A stretch of 64,000 bases of DNA from Thermodesulfobacteriota bacterium. GTDB taxonomy: Bacteria > Desulfobacterota > Desulfobulbia > Desulfobulbales > SURF-16. A model generated the notes under the pieces. That model had not been told where the DNA came from and did no database searches. It saw nothing but the letters and a program-made list of their open reading frames with translations. Numbering within the stretch: position 1 is the first letter of the stretch; each line of letters begins with the position of its first letter. Shown here one piece after another: positions 39,065-49,117 of the stretch. The stretch spans positions 1 to 64,000 of the forward strand of contig JBFMAY010000010.1 of assembly GCA_040755455.1 (NCBI GenBank), given 5' to 3'. The translations under genes and the position numbers were made by a program.

Positions 39065-40984
39065 TTAATTTCCCTTTGCCCAATTGAGTAATCCGCCGGC
39101 TAGCAGAATCTCCCGGTGGCGATCGGACACATCAAGAACAGCCTGAACAGCCTGTCCGTCGACCTCAACCGTAATGGTTTCGGCCCCTTGCGTAAGGGAC
39201 CTGCGTAAACCGGGGATGACCACCCTGACTCCCTGCCTGATCCGGTCATAATCGGCAGGATCGGCAAAGGTGAGGGGGAGGATGCCGAAGTTGATAAGAT
39301 TGGCTTTATGGATGCGGGCAAAACTTTTCACCAATTTCACCTCGACCCCAAGATAGCGGGGGGCCAGCGCCGCGTGTTCGCGGGAAGAACCCTGCCCGTA
39401 ATTCTCACCAGCTACAATCATGCCGCTGCCCGCTTCCTTGGCATGCCGACTGAAATGCTCATCCAAAGCCCGGAAGACAAATTCACTGATCGCCGGTATA
39501 TTGCTGCGCAAGGGCAGAATCTGGGCACCAGCAGGCATGATATGATCAGTGGTTATGTTATCGCCCGCCTTGAGCAGCACCGTTCCCTGCCAGGTTTCCG
39601 GCATGGCCGCGAAAGTCGGGAACGGGGCGATATTGGGCCCGCGAATGATCTGCACCCCGCTGCCATCGGCAAGCGGCGGCTCGATACGGGAGTCGCCGGG
39701 CAGATATGTATCCGGCAGGGTGAAGGCGGGATAGTCGCCCAGCTCGCGGGGATCGGTGATTTTTCCGGAAATCGCTGAAGCAACGGCCACCTCCGGACTG
39801 CAGAGATAGACCTGATCGCCTACCGTACCGCTGCGACCGGGGAAATTGCGAGGGAAGGTGCGCAGCGAGATCGTGCCGGTTGCCGGGGCCTGCCCCATGC
39901 CGATGCAGCCGAGACAACCGGCCTGATGCACCCTGGCCCCGGCATGAATCAGGGGCAGCATTTCCCCCATGGCGGTCAGATTCTCCAGCACCTGACGGCT
40001 GCCCGGGTTAATCTCAAAACTCACCTCGTTGCTCACCTGCCGGCCGGCCAGAGCCTTGGCCACCACCACCAGATCCCGCAGCGAGGAGTTGGAACAGGAG
40101 CCTACCAGCACCTGGGAAACAGGGCGGCCGGCCACCTCGCTCACCTTCACCACGTTATCAGGCGATGAGGGACAGGCGATCAGCGGCTCCAGGGAGGACA
40201 GGTTGATTTCGATCACCTCGTCATACCGGGCATCCGCATCGGCAACAATTTCAACCCAGCAATCCGCCCTGCCCTGGCTTCTGAGGAATTTCAGCGTGTT
40301 GTCATCCGAAGGAAAAACAGAAGTCGTTGCCCCGAGTTCCGCCCCGAAATTGGTGATCGATGCCCGGTCCGTGACGGACAGCTCTTTCACCCCCGGACCG
40401 AAATATTCAAAAATATAGCCTACCCCGCCTTTGACGGAAAGCTGCCGGAGCAACTCCAGCAGCACATCCCGGGCCGACACCCAGGGGGAGAGTTTTCCGG
40501 TCAGCTTCACGCCGTAAATCTTCGGCACAATCAGATAAAAAGGCTTGCCGGCCATGGCCATGGCCACATCAAGCCCGCCGGCGCCAATGGCCAGCATGCC
40601 GAGCCCGCCGCCCGTGGGGGTATGGCTGTCAGAACCAAGCAGGGTCTTGCCCGGCCTGCCGAACCTCTCAAGATTGATCTGGTGGGAAATGCCATTACCC
40701 GGCGGGGAAAAATACAGGCCATATTTTCTGGCAATGGACTGCAGAAAGCGATGGTCATCAGCATTCTTAAAATCCGACTGCACCAGGTTATGGTCAACGT
40801 AACAGACGGAACACTCGGTCTGCACCCGCGGGATTCCGACGGATTCAAATTCCAGATAGGCCATGGTCCCTGTCGCATCCTGGGTCAAGGTCTGATCAAT
40901 GCGGATGCCGATCTCCCTGCCCTTCACCATCTCACCTTCCACAAGATGAGCTTCAAGTATTTTTTCCGTAACGGTTATACCCAT
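39065..40984 (-). CDS. Aconitate hydratase (short ~640-aa type)
   Basis: TQDATGT, DSHT, GSCSN, CLGCIG, RNFPGRSG, TTDHI, GQGSSREHA. Confidence 0.92.
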   Translation of the reverse strand: MGITVTEKILEAHLVEGEMVKGREIGIRIDQTLTQDATGTMAYLEFESVGIPRVQTECSVCYVDHNLVQSDFKNADDHRFLQSIARKYGLYFSPPGNGISHQINLERFGRPGKTLLGSDSHTPTGGGLGMLAIGAGGLDVAMAMAGKPFYLIVPKIYGVKLTGKLSPWVSARDVLLELLRQLSVKGGVGYIFEYFGPGVKELSVTDRASITNFGAELGATTSVFPSDDNTLKFLRSQGRADCWVEIVADADARYDEVIEINLSSLEPLIACPSSPDNVVKVSEVAGRPVSQVLVGSCSNSSLRDLVVVAKALAGRQVSNEVSFEINPGSRQVLENLTAMGEMLPLIHAGARVHQAGCLGCIGMGQAPATGTISLRTFPRNFPGRSGTVGDQVYLCSPEVAVASAISGKITDPRELGDYPAFTLPDTYLPGDSRIEPPLADGSGVQIIRGPNIAPFPTFAAMPETWQGTVLLKAGDNITTDHIMPAGAQILPLRSNIPAISEFVFRALDEHFSRHAKEAGSGMIVAGENYGQGSSREHAALAPRYLGVEVKLVKSFARIHKANLINFGILPLTFADPADYDRIRQGVRVVIPGLRRSLTQGAETITVEVDGQAVQAVLDVSDRHREILLAGGLLNWAKGN

Positions 40985-41116
40985 TTCCTTCAACTCCTGT
41001 TATTTTGCTGATTCTCTTCATCTAATAATGGCGTTTCAAAAAAATATCGTTGCCCTTTACCATAAAAGGCCGCCTTTGTCATCGCCCATGCCCTTATATT
41101 CATGGCCGTCGCCACC

Positions 41117-41161
41117 TTCATTTTTTTGACTTTTCCCCCGGCCAAGAGTCAGAAAAATGAC
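41117..41161. promoter_or_regulatory. Pair of enhancer-like boxes upstream of the flagellar cluster
   Basis: TTCATTTTTTTGAC (41117-41130) and GTCAGAAAAATGAC (41148-41161), resembling FleQ-type GTCA-N6-TGAC. Confidence 0.55.
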
Positions 41162-41270
41162 CATTCATGCTTGCCGAAGGCAGCGCAAAAAAAGCCACCA
41201 GGCGGAATTACCACAAACTAGTTTAACAAAAACAGCTTGTTATACGCAGATTTACTATTGACGGCAAGTG

Positions 41271-41286
41271 TGGCATAATACTCGCA
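41271..41286 (+). promoter_or_regulatory. sigma54 promoter of the fliL operon
   Basis: TGGCATA-ATAC-TCGCA with GG-N10-GC spacing. Confidence 0.65.
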
Positions 41287-41341
41287 AAAGACATGAGCAG
41301 ACAACTATAACAGCTGATTTTTTCTTTTGGGAGATAACACG

Positions 41342-41842
41342 ATGGCAGAAGAGCAAGCCAAGGCCGGAGAAGGGACGGAAGAGCCCAAAAAGAAGTCAAA
41401 GAAAATTCTCTTTATTATTCTGGGGGCGGCCATCCTCCTTTTAGGCGGCGGCGGCTTCTTCGCCTATACCCAATTTCTGGCCCCGAAACCGCCTCCGGCC
41501 GAACACGTTGCCGTCAACCCGGCAGACATTCCCGAAGCTGTTGGCGAAATTGTCACCCTCGAGCCTTTTGTGGTCAATCTGGCCGACCCGAAGGGAAACC
41601 GCTACCTGAAAATGAAGATCAGCCTGGAACTTGACAACAAGGCGGCGGCTGACAGAGTGCAACAGGTAACCCCAAAGCTCAGGGATATCGTTATCATGAT
41701 GCTGACCAGTCTCTCCTTTGAAGAGGTGATGACCCCGGAGGGCAAACTGCGGATCAGGGATGAACTCCTCGAACGTTTCAGCAGGATAACCCGTCCCGAC
41801 AAAGTCAAAAATATCTATTTTTCCGAATTCGTTGTGCAGTGA
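41342..41842 (+). CDS. fliL: Flagellar basal body protein FliL
   Basis: N-terminal TM, LEPFVVNL, RYLK, LRD, IYFSEFVVQ. Confidence 0.93.
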   Translation: MAEEQAKAGEGTEEPKKKSKKILFIILGAAILLLGGGGFFAYTQFLAPKPPPAEHVAVNPADIPEAVGEIVTLEPFVVNLADPKGNRYLKMKISLELDNKAAADRVQQVTPKLRDIVIMMLTSLSFEEVMTPEGKLRIRDELLERFSRITRPDKVKNIYFSEFVVQ

Positions 41843-41895
41843 TCCGCACAACAGAACCGGCATCTTGCCACTAACTGAAGGCTTATAAGATCTCC

Positions 41896-42885
41896 ATGGA
41901 ACAAATCCTCAGCCAAGACGAAGTTGACGCCCTATTAAAGGGAATTGCAGGGGGCGACATTGAAGAACCGGAAGAGCAGCTTGACGAGGAAGCCCTCGAA
42001 TACACCTCCTATGATTTCACCCGGCAGGAACGTATCGTCCAGGTCAAAATGCCGGCCATGGAGGCAATCAACGACGTGTTCCTGCGTTCCATCAGGGCCT
42101 CGATTTCCGCCTCCCTGCGGCGCATCCTGGATATTACCGCGGTCCCCATGGAGCTCGAACGCTTCGGGGCCTTTGTCCGCACCCTGCCGGTACCCAGCAG
42201 TCTGCAGATTTTTAAAATGGAGCCCTTTCGCGGCCACGCCCTCTTCGTCATTGAACCGAAACTGGTCTTCGCCTTTGTTGAAAGCTTCCTGGGCGGCAGC
42301 GGCACCAGAAATGTCAGGATTGAAGGGCGGGATTTCACCGGCATCGAACAGCGGCTGATTCAGCGCATTGTCAACCTCATCCTCAGCGATCTGGAAAAGG
42401 CCTGGTACTCGCTGCAGCCCATTAAGGTCCAGCACATTCGCAGCGAAATCAACCCGCAATTCGCCAAAATCTGCGAACCAGAGGATGTGGTCATCATCAA
42501 CCGCTACGAAGTGGACATGGACCGGGCGGTGGGCAGCATTACCTCCTGCATCCCGGTCACCAACCTGGAATCCGTCAAGCAGAAGCTGATGACTACTTTC
42601 CAGCGGGAGCAAAGTGACGAGGACATCAGTCTCAAACGGATTCTGACCGAAAACATCAAAAATGTATCCCTTGAATTCAGGGCCGAATTAGGCAAGACAA
42701 TTCTTCCGGCCGGCGACATTCTCAGCCTGGAGGTGGGGGATATCCTCCAACTTGATAAAAGAAAAGACGAAATGCTACCGGCCTTTGTCGGCGGCGTCAG
42801 AAAATATATGGGGTCACCTGGAATCCACCGGGGCAACAAGGCCTTTTTAATTAAACGCAAGGTCTTTGACCAGGAAAAAGATTAA
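41896..42885 (+). CDS. fliM: Flagellar motor switch protein FliM
   Basis: ILSQDEVDALL, YDF, RDFTGIE, SEINPQF, C-terminal SpoA domain. Confidence 0.95.
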   Translation: MEQILSQDEVDALLKGIAGGDIEEPEEQLDEEALEYTSYDFTRQERIVQVKMPAMEAINDVFLRSIRASISASLRRILDITAVPMELERFGAFVRTLPVPSSLQIFKMEPFRGHALFVIEPKLVFAFVESFLGGSGTRNVRIEGRDFTGIEQRLIQRIVNLILSDLEKAWYSLQPIKVQHIRSEINPQFAKICEPEDVVIINRYEVDMDRAVGSITSCIPVTNLESVKQKLMTTFQREQSDEDISLKRILTENIKNVSLEFRAELGKTILPAGDILSLEVGDILQLDKRKDEMLPAFVGGVRKYMGSPGIHRGNKAFLIKRKVFDQEKD

Positions 42886-42898
42886 CGGAGAAACAAAA

Positions 42899-43339
42899 AT
42901 GGCGGACGAATCTTTGGATGATGCCTGGGCAAGCGCTTTGGAAGAGGCGAAGCCGAAAAACGGAGCTGATACAGCTGCTGGAGGAAACGACTGGGATTCC
43001 CTGGCCAAAAACAATGGCGGAGGATCCCGGCCTGCCAGCTTCAATGAACTTGACGACAGCGGCGCAACCCAAACCTCCAGCCACAACCTTGATTTCCTGC
43101 TGGATATCCCGCTGGATGTATCGGTTGAACTGGGACGCACCAGCATGATCATCGACAAGATGCTGCAGCTGACCCAGGGCTCCGTGGTTGAGCTGGAAAA
43201 GGCGGCTGGTGAGCCGGTGGAAATTTATGTCAACCGCAAGCTGTTGGGAAAAGGCGAAGTCATCGTGGTCAATGACCGGTTTGGCGTGCGGATCACGGAA
43301 ATTATCAGCCAGGCTGACCGCATTAAAAACATGGGCTAA
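42899..43339 (+). CDS. fliN: Flagellar motor switch protein FliN
   Basis: LDIPLDVSVELGRT, GSVVEL, GEVIVVNDRFGVRITEI. Confidence 0.95.
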   Translation: MADESLDDAWASALEEAKPKNGADTAAGGNDWDSLAKNNGGGSRPASFNELDDSGATQTSSHNLDFLLDIPLDVSVELGRTSMIIDKMLQLTQGSVVELEKAAGEPVEIYVNRKLLGKGEVIVVNDRFGVRITEIISQADRIKNMG

Positions 43340-43391
43340 AAACCTGAGCTACTTGGCGATTCACTTAAAGGTATTCATTGCGGGTAGACTT

Positions 43392-43898
43392 ATGAGCGGT
43401 TCCTTGGGACACAGATCAGTACAATCAGCCGGACGGCTGATGCGGGCAGCCTTCGCGGCCCTGCCTTTTTCCGCCATGCCCGCCTGGGCAACTGAAGCGG
43501 CGGCGCAACATTCGGTAACCGACCCTGTACTGGACCTGGCGCAGACAACCTCCCTTGCCCTGACCATCATGAAGGTAATGGGCGCCTTGCTGCTCACGGT
43601 GGGACTCATGCTGTTGCTTGCCGTCTGGCTCCGAAAGATCGGCCTGAGCCGGGCTGGTCTGCGCCAGGGAACGCTTATCAGTATCCTCGACACCAAGATG
43701 ATCGCCCCGAAAAAGTATGTGGCCGTGGTGCAGGTGGCGGAGCAGACCCTGGCCCTTGGCATTACCGACCAGCAGATCACCATGCTCAGCCGGCTGGAGA
43801 CGAGTGCAACCCAAATCCAGGAAAGCCCGAAAGACAGGCCTCAGCCCACATCTTTCGCCACCCTGCTCGGCAAGGTGGGCAGGAGGGACGGCCAATGA
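43392..43898 (+). CDS. fliO: Flagellar biosynthesis protein FliO
   Basis: Position between fliN and fliP, TM helix, LALGITDQQITML; start uncertain. Confidence 0.85.
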   Translation: MSGSLGHRSVQSAGRLMRAAFAALPFSAMPAWATEAAAQHSVTDPVLDLAQTTSLALTIMKVMGALLLTVGLMLLLAVWLRKIGLSRAGLRQGTLISILDTKMIAPKKYVAVVQVAEQTLALGITDQQITMLSRLETSATQIQESPKDRPQPTSFATLLGKVGRRDGQ

Positions 43899-44644
43899 AA
43901 AAATTTCTGCTGCCGCTCGCTTCTTTCCTTTTTGTGCTCATGGCAACGGCGGACTGCCAGGCTGTCACGCTGCCGACGGTGCAGATCGGTCTGGCGGACA
44001 CCAACGACCCCAAGCAGGTTTCCGTACTCATCGAGATCCTGCTCGTTTTCACCGTTTTATCCATTGCGCCGGCCATCATCTTGATGACCACCTGTTTCAC
44101 CAGGCTTGTCGTGGCCTTTTCCTTTCTGCGAAGCGCCCTGGGCACCCAGCAGATGCCCCCTCCGCAGCTGCTCATCGGGCTTGCCCTGTTTCTGACCGTT
44201 TTCATCATGAGCCCGGTCCTGAAAGAAATGAACGAGACGGCGGTCAAGCCTTACCTGAATCAACAGATTGGGATCCAGCAGGCCTTTACCGAAGGCATCA
44301 AACCCCTGCGTGCCTTCATGTTCAAACAGACAAGGGAAAAGGATCTCGCCCTTTTCCTCGGCATCGCCAAAATGCAGAAACCGGCCAACAAGGACGAGGT
44401 CCCCACCACCATCCTGGTGCCCTCCTTTGTCATCAGCGAGCTGAAAACAGCCTTCCAGATAGGCTTCATTCTCTTTCTGCCCTTTCTGGTCATCGACATG
44501 GTGGTTGCCAGCGTCCTGCTCTCCATGGGCATGATGATGCTGCCCCCGGTCATGGTGTCACTGCCCTTTAAACTGCTTCTCTTTGTGCTCGTTGACGGGT
44601 GGTATCTCATCGTAGGCTCACTGGTTAAAAGCTTTGGAGTATAG
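43895..44644 (+). CDS. fliP: Flagellar export protein FliP
   Basis: ALGTQQMPP, SELKTAFQIGF, MGMMMLPP, LVDGW. Confidence 0.97.
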   Translation: MKKFLLPLASFLFVLMATADCQAVTLPTVQIGLADTNDPKQVSVLIEILLVFTVLSIAPAIILMTTCFTRLVVAFSFLRSALGTQQMPPPQLLIGLALFLTVFIMSPVLKEMNETAVKPYLNQQIGIQQAFTEGIKPLRAFMFKQTREKDLALFLGIAKMQKPANKDEVPTTILVPSFVISELKTAFQIGFILFLPFLVIDMVVASVLLSMGMMMLPPVMVSLPFKLLLFVLVDGWYLIVGSLVKSFGV

Positions 44645-44646
44645 CT

Positions 44647-44916
44647 ATGGTTCCCCTGGAAGCTGTCACCCTAGGTCAGAATGCCATCACCATCGCCCTG
44701 CTGCTCTCCGCTCCGCTGCTGCTGGTCGGTATGGCAGTGGGCCTGCTGATCGCCATTTTTCAGGCCACGACCCAGATTCAGGAAATGACCCTGACCTTTG
44801 TGCCCAAGATCGTTGCCGTCATGCTAGCCCTGCTTTTTTTTTCCTCCTGGATGCTGATCAAGATGACCGATTACACCAACGATCTCTTTCTCAGCATCCC
44901 GGATCTCATCAGATGA
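44647..44916 (+). CDS. fliQ: Flagellar export protein FliQ
   Basis: FQATTQIQEMTLTFVPK. Confidence 0.97.
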   Translation: MVPLEAVTLGQNAITIALLLSAPLLLVGMAVGLLIAIFQATTQIQEMTLTFVPKIVAVMLALLFFSSWMLIKMTDYTNDLFLSIPDLIR

Positions 44917-44929
44917 CAGGGAAACAACA

Positions 44930-45721
44930 ATGGTTGACGCCAAATTGCTGAACTGGACTCTGCATCAATTTCTGGCCCTGGTCATTATCATGATCAGGGT
45001 GGGGCCTTTGCTCTTTTTCATGCCGATCACCGGTTCCCGCAGTGTCCCTTCCCAGGTCAAGATTCTCCTGACGGTGGCCACTTCCCTGGTCCTTCTTCCG
45101 GTTGTCCCGGTCCAGGCCGACCAGCTGCCGACCACGGTGCTGGGTTTTCTCATCTTCACCGTCAGCGAGGTGTGCTTTGCCGGCATTCTGGCAGTCTTTG
45201 CCCGTATGGTTTTTGACGCTGTGCAGATTGCCGGCCAGATGGTGGACATTCAGATGGGCATGGGCATGGCCGGGGTCATGGACCCCCAATACGGCGTCCA
45301 GACATCGCTGACCGGCCAGTTCTGGAACCTTATTGCCATTCTCATCTTTTTAGGCATTGACGGGCATCATCTCTATATCAGAACCCTGCTTGAAAGTTTC
45401 ACCTGGGTCAAACCGGGGACCCTGCATATCGGGCAAGCCACCTTTGAGGGGCTGATGCAGGGTGCGGGGCGGATGTTCGTGATGGCGGTCAAGATTATGG
45501 CACCGGCCTCGGCCGCAGTTTTCTTTTCCCACGTCGCCATGGGCATCATCGCCAAAACCGTACCGCAGATTCCCATTCTCATTGTGGGCATGCCGCTCAA
45601 TATCGGCGTCGGACTTATTTTTGTCGGCTTGTCACTTGCCTATTTTCTCCCCCTGATGATCAGTCAGTTCGACATGCTGGGGAGAATTCTGCCCAAACTT
45701 ACGCAGGGATTGGGAGGATAA
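44930..45721 (+). CDS. fliR: Flagellar export protein FliR
   Basis: AGQMVDIQMG, DGHH, KTVPQI; position in cluster. Confidence 0.93.
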   Translation: MVDAKLLNWTLHQFLALVIIMIRVGPLLFFMPITGSRSVPSQVKILLTVATSLVLLPVVPVQADQLPTTVLGFLIFTVSEVCFAGILAVFARMVFDAVQIAGQMVDIQMGMGMAGVMDPQYGVQTSLTGQFWNLIAILIFLGIDGHHLYIRTLLESFTWVKPGTLHIGQATFEGLMQGAGRMFVMAVKIMAPASAAVFFSHVAMGIIAKTVPQIPILIVGMPLNIGVGLIFVGLSLAYFLPLMISQFDMLGRILPKLTQGLGG

Positions 45722-45724
45722 GAG

Positions 45725-46795
45725 ATGGCTGAAGAACAGAGCGGCCAGGAAAAAACCGAGGAACCAACCTCCAGAAGACTCCAGGACGCCAGGAAAAAAG
45801 GAGATGTGGCCAAAAGCATGGAGATCCCTTCAGCCGCGGTTCTGCTGCTGGGGCTGCTGACCATCTATCTGCTCAGCGGCTTTCTGCTGGAGAATTTTCT
45901 CAACCTGCTGCGCCACTACCTCACCCATCTGCATGTGATTAATATTATTCCGGGCAACATGGCGGTGATCACCCGGGATTCCATGCAATACGTCGCCATT
46001 CTCACCGGCCCGCTCATGCTCGTCCTCCTCATCACCGCCCTGGTTGCCAATTATGCCCAGGTCGGCTTTCTTTTCACCACGGAAAAAATGGAGCCCACCC
46101 TTGACAAAATTGATCCGATCAAAGGGTTCGGCCGCATCTTTTCCTTGCAGACCCTGGCAAACACCATCAAGTCGATCGCTAAGCTGCTCATTGTCGGCTA
46201 TGTGGCCTATAAAGAAATCATGAAAAACATTGAGGGCATCCTGCCCCTTATGGATCAGGAGCCCTATGCCATCCTGGTTTTTTATGCCAAGGTTTCCTTC
46301 TGGATTTTCCTGAAAGCGGCGCTCATTATCGCTGTCCTGGCCGCCATTGACTATGCCTTCCAACGCTGGCAGTTCATGAAGAAAATGAAGATGACCAAGC
46401 AGGAAGTCAAAGAAGAGGCCAAAATGACCGAGGGCGATCCCCATGTCAAGGGCCGTATCCGATCCATTCAGATGCAGATGGCCCGGAAACGCATGATGAC
46501 GGAGGTGCCGAAGGCGGATGTCATCATCACCAACCCGACGCACCTGGCCATCGCCCTGGCCTATGACAATGAAACCATGAGCGCCCCGACGGTCCTTGCC
46601 AAGGGTGCGGGCGTCATTGCCGGAAAAATCAAGGATGTGGCCAAGGAACACGGCATCCCGATTATTGAAGATAAACCATTGGCCCAGGCCCTTTATAAAG
46701 CAGTTGAAATAAATGAACAGATTCCGGAGAATCTCTTCCAGGCAGTGGCCGAGATCCTTGCCTATGTTTACGGCCTTAAAAAGAAAAGCGCCTAA
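45725..46795 (+). CDS. flhB: Flagellar export protein FlhB
   Basis: EKTEEPT, EGDPHVKGRIR, NPTH autocleavage motif. Confidence 0.97.
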   Translation: MAEEQSGQEKTEEPTSRRLQDARKKGDVAKSMEIPSAAVLLLGLLTIYLLSGFLLENFLNLLRHYLTHLHVINIIPGNMAVITRDSMQYVAILTGPLMLVLLITALVANYAQVGFLFTTEKMEPTLDKIDPIKGFGRIFSLQTLANTIKSIAKLLIVGYVAYKEIMKNIEGILPLMDQEPYAILVFYAKVSFWIFLKAALIIAVLAAIDYAFQRWQFMKKMKMTKQEVKEEAKMTEGDPHVKGRIRSIQMQMARKRMMTEVPKADVIITNPTHLAIALAYDNETMSAPTVLAKGAGVIAGKIKDVAKEHGIPIIEDKPLAQALYKAVEINEQIPENLFQAVAEILAYVYGLKKKSA

Positions 46796-46968
46796 GACTG
46801 AACGTGCATGGTTGCAACCCGCAACTGCAACCTTTAGCCGTTGTAAAAAAATAATATCGTCGTCTGGATGGCTGAGACGGCATAAGCAGCCCTAACGAAA
46901 TACTCAAAAAATTAAGCGGTTATTTCGTAACGGCTCCTAAACTTTAAACCTTGAACGTAAAGTAAACC

Positions 46969-49077
46969 ATGGCGGAAAAAACTGACAGACTGGGACTGGG
47001 AGCCATCAACATTGAACCGTCCAGCCTCCTGGTCGCGGTGGGCCTGGTGGGCATACTGATGGTCATGATCATCCCGCTGCCCACCCTGCTGCTTGACCTG
47101 CTGCTGTCGCTTGGCATCACCATGAGTCTGGTTATCCTGCTGATGTCCATGTACAACACAGACCCGCTGGAGTTTTCCGCTTTCCCCTCCCTGCTGCTGC
47201 TGACCACCCTCTACCGGCTGTCACTCAATATCGCGTCAACCCGGCTTATTCTGCTCCACGGCCACGAAGGGCCCGGTTCCGTGGGCAAGGTCATCCAGTC
47301 GTTCGGCAACTTTGTTGTGGGCGGGAGCTTTGCGGTGGGACTTATCATCTTTCTCATCATGGTGCTCATCAACTTCATCGTTATCACCAAAGGCTCCGGC
47401 CGTATCGCTGAAGTCGCGGCCAGATTCACCCTGGATGCCATGCCGGGCAAGCAGATGGCCATTGATGCCGACCTCAACGCCGGCCTCATCAACGAGGAAA
47501 TGGCCAAAAAGAGACGGACGGAGATCAGCCAGCAATCCGAGTTTTATGGCGCCATGGATGGCGCCAGCAAGTTTGTCCGCGGCGAGGCGATCGCCAGCAT
47601 TGTCATTATGATCATCAATATCATGGGCGGACTTTTCATCGGCATCTTTCTGCAGAATATGCCCATTGCCCAGGCCGCGGAAGCATATACCCTGCTTACC
47701 ATCGGTGATGGGCTTGTTTCACAGATCCCCTCCCTGATCATTTCCACCTCTGCCGGTATTATCGTCAGCCGCGCCGCTTCAGAGGCCAGCATGGGCAAGG
47801 AGCTGACCAAACAGTTCGGCAGACAGCCCCAGGCCCTGGCCGTATCTTCCGGCATCATCATGCTTTTCGGCCTGATCCCCGGCCTGCCGCATATCCCGTT
47901 TCTCATCCTAGGCGCGGCCATGGGAGGACTGGCCTGGATTGCCTTTCAGAATCTGGCCGCTGAAGAGAGCGAAGAACAGATTGCCGCGGAAAGAAAAAAA
48001 GAAACAGCGCCTCCGCCGGGCTCGCCCGAAACAGTGGAAGCCTTGCTACCCCTTGACACCCTGGAGCTTGAGGTGGGTTACGGCCTGATTCCCCTGGTGG
48101 ATGAATCCCAGGAGGGGGATCTGCTGGAACGCATCCGGGGCATCCGGCGCCAGTTTGCCGTTGACATGGGTCTTATCATCCCCCCCCTGCATGTGCGGGA
48201 CAATCTGCAGATTAAACCCGATGAATATGTCCTGCTCCTCAAGGGGGTGGAAATTGCCCGGGGCGAGCTGATGATGGGCTACTTTCTGGCCATGGACTCC
48301 GGTGCCGCCAAAAGAGTGGTTGAAGGAATTCCCACGGTGGAACCCGCCTTCCGACTGCCCGCCCTGTGGGTCGCGGCAGACAAAAAGGACGAGGCCCAGC
48401 TGGCCGGCTATACGGTGGTTGACCCCTCCACCGTGGTAGCCACCCATCTGACCGAGGTCCTGCGTACCCATGCCGACGAACTCCTGGGCCGCCAGGATAC
48501 CCAGAAGCTTCTCGACAATCTGGCGAAAAATCATCCGAAGGTTGTGGAAGAGCTGGTGCCCGGCCTTCTTGCCCTGGGAAAAATCCAGAAGGTCCTACAG
48601 AATCTGCTGCGGGAGCGGGTGTCCATCAGAAATCTGCTGACCATCTGCGAGACCCTGGCTGACTACGCTCCCATGGGAAAAGATCCGGAAATTCTCACAG
48701 AGTATGTGCGGCAGAAACTGTCCCGCTCCATCGTCAGCACCTTGACTGATGATGCCGGTACCCTGTCCGTGCTGACTCTTACCACCCAGATCGAGGATCT
48801 TATCCGGGAATCAGTGCAATCCACGGAACAGGGTTCATTTCTTGCCCTGGACCCCAACGTGGGCCAGAAGATAATCGAAGCAATCCAGGCCCATGTGGAT
48901 AAAATTTCCCAGGAAGGGTACCAGCCGATCATCATCACCGCACCGGTGGTACGACGCCATCTCCGCCGGCTTATTGAACGATTTATGCCCCAGGTGGTGG
49001 TATTGTCCCATAATGAATTGACCAACCAGTCGAAGATCCAGTCCCTGGGCACTGTTGACATGAAAACAAAAAAATAG
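46969..49077 (+). CDS. flhA: Flagellar export protein FlhA
   Basis: RIAEVAARFTLDAMPGKQMAIDADL, FYGAMDGASKFVRG. Confidence 0.97.
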   Translation: MAEKTDRLGLGAINIEPSSLLVAVGLVGILMVMIIPLPTLLLDLLLSLGITMSLVILLMSMYNTDPLEFSAFPSLLLLTTLYRLSLNIASTRLILLHGHEGPGSVGKVIQSFGNFVVGGSFAVGLIIFLIMVLINFIVITKGSGRIAEVAARFTLDAMPGKQMAIDADLNAGLINEEMAKKRRTEISQQSEFYGAMDGASKFVRGEAIASIVIMIINIMGGLFIGIFLQNMPIAQAAEAYTLLTIGDGLVSQIPSLIISTSAGIIVSRAASEASMGKELTKQFGRQPQALAVSSGIIMLFGLIPGLPHIPFLILGAAMGGLAWIAFQNLAAEESEEQIAAERKKETAPPPGSPETVEALLPLDTLELEVGYGLIPLVDESQEGDLLERIRGIRRQFAVDMGLIIPPLHVRDNLQIKPDEYVLLLKGVEIARGELMMGYFLAMDSGAAKRVVEGIPTVEPAFRLPALWVAADKKDEAQLAGYTVVDPSTVVATHLTEVLRTHADELLGRQDTQKLLDNLAKNHPKVVEELVPGLLALGKIQKVLQNLLRERVSIRNLLTICETLADYAPMGKDPEILTEYVRQKLSRSIVSTLTDDAGTLSVLTLTTQIEDLIRESVQSTEQGSFLALDPNVGQKIIEAIQAHVDKISQEGYQPIIITAPVVRRHLRRLIERFMPQVVVLSHNELTNQSKIQSLGTVDMKTKK

Positions 49078-49117
49078 CCGTTAACCCGACAAAAGCAAAC
49101 TAGCGACCAGAACACAC

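Noticed and set aside
43717..44571. 284-aa alternative-frame ORF over fliO/fliP
   Set aside because: Overlaps conserved flagellar genes and has no protein-like features
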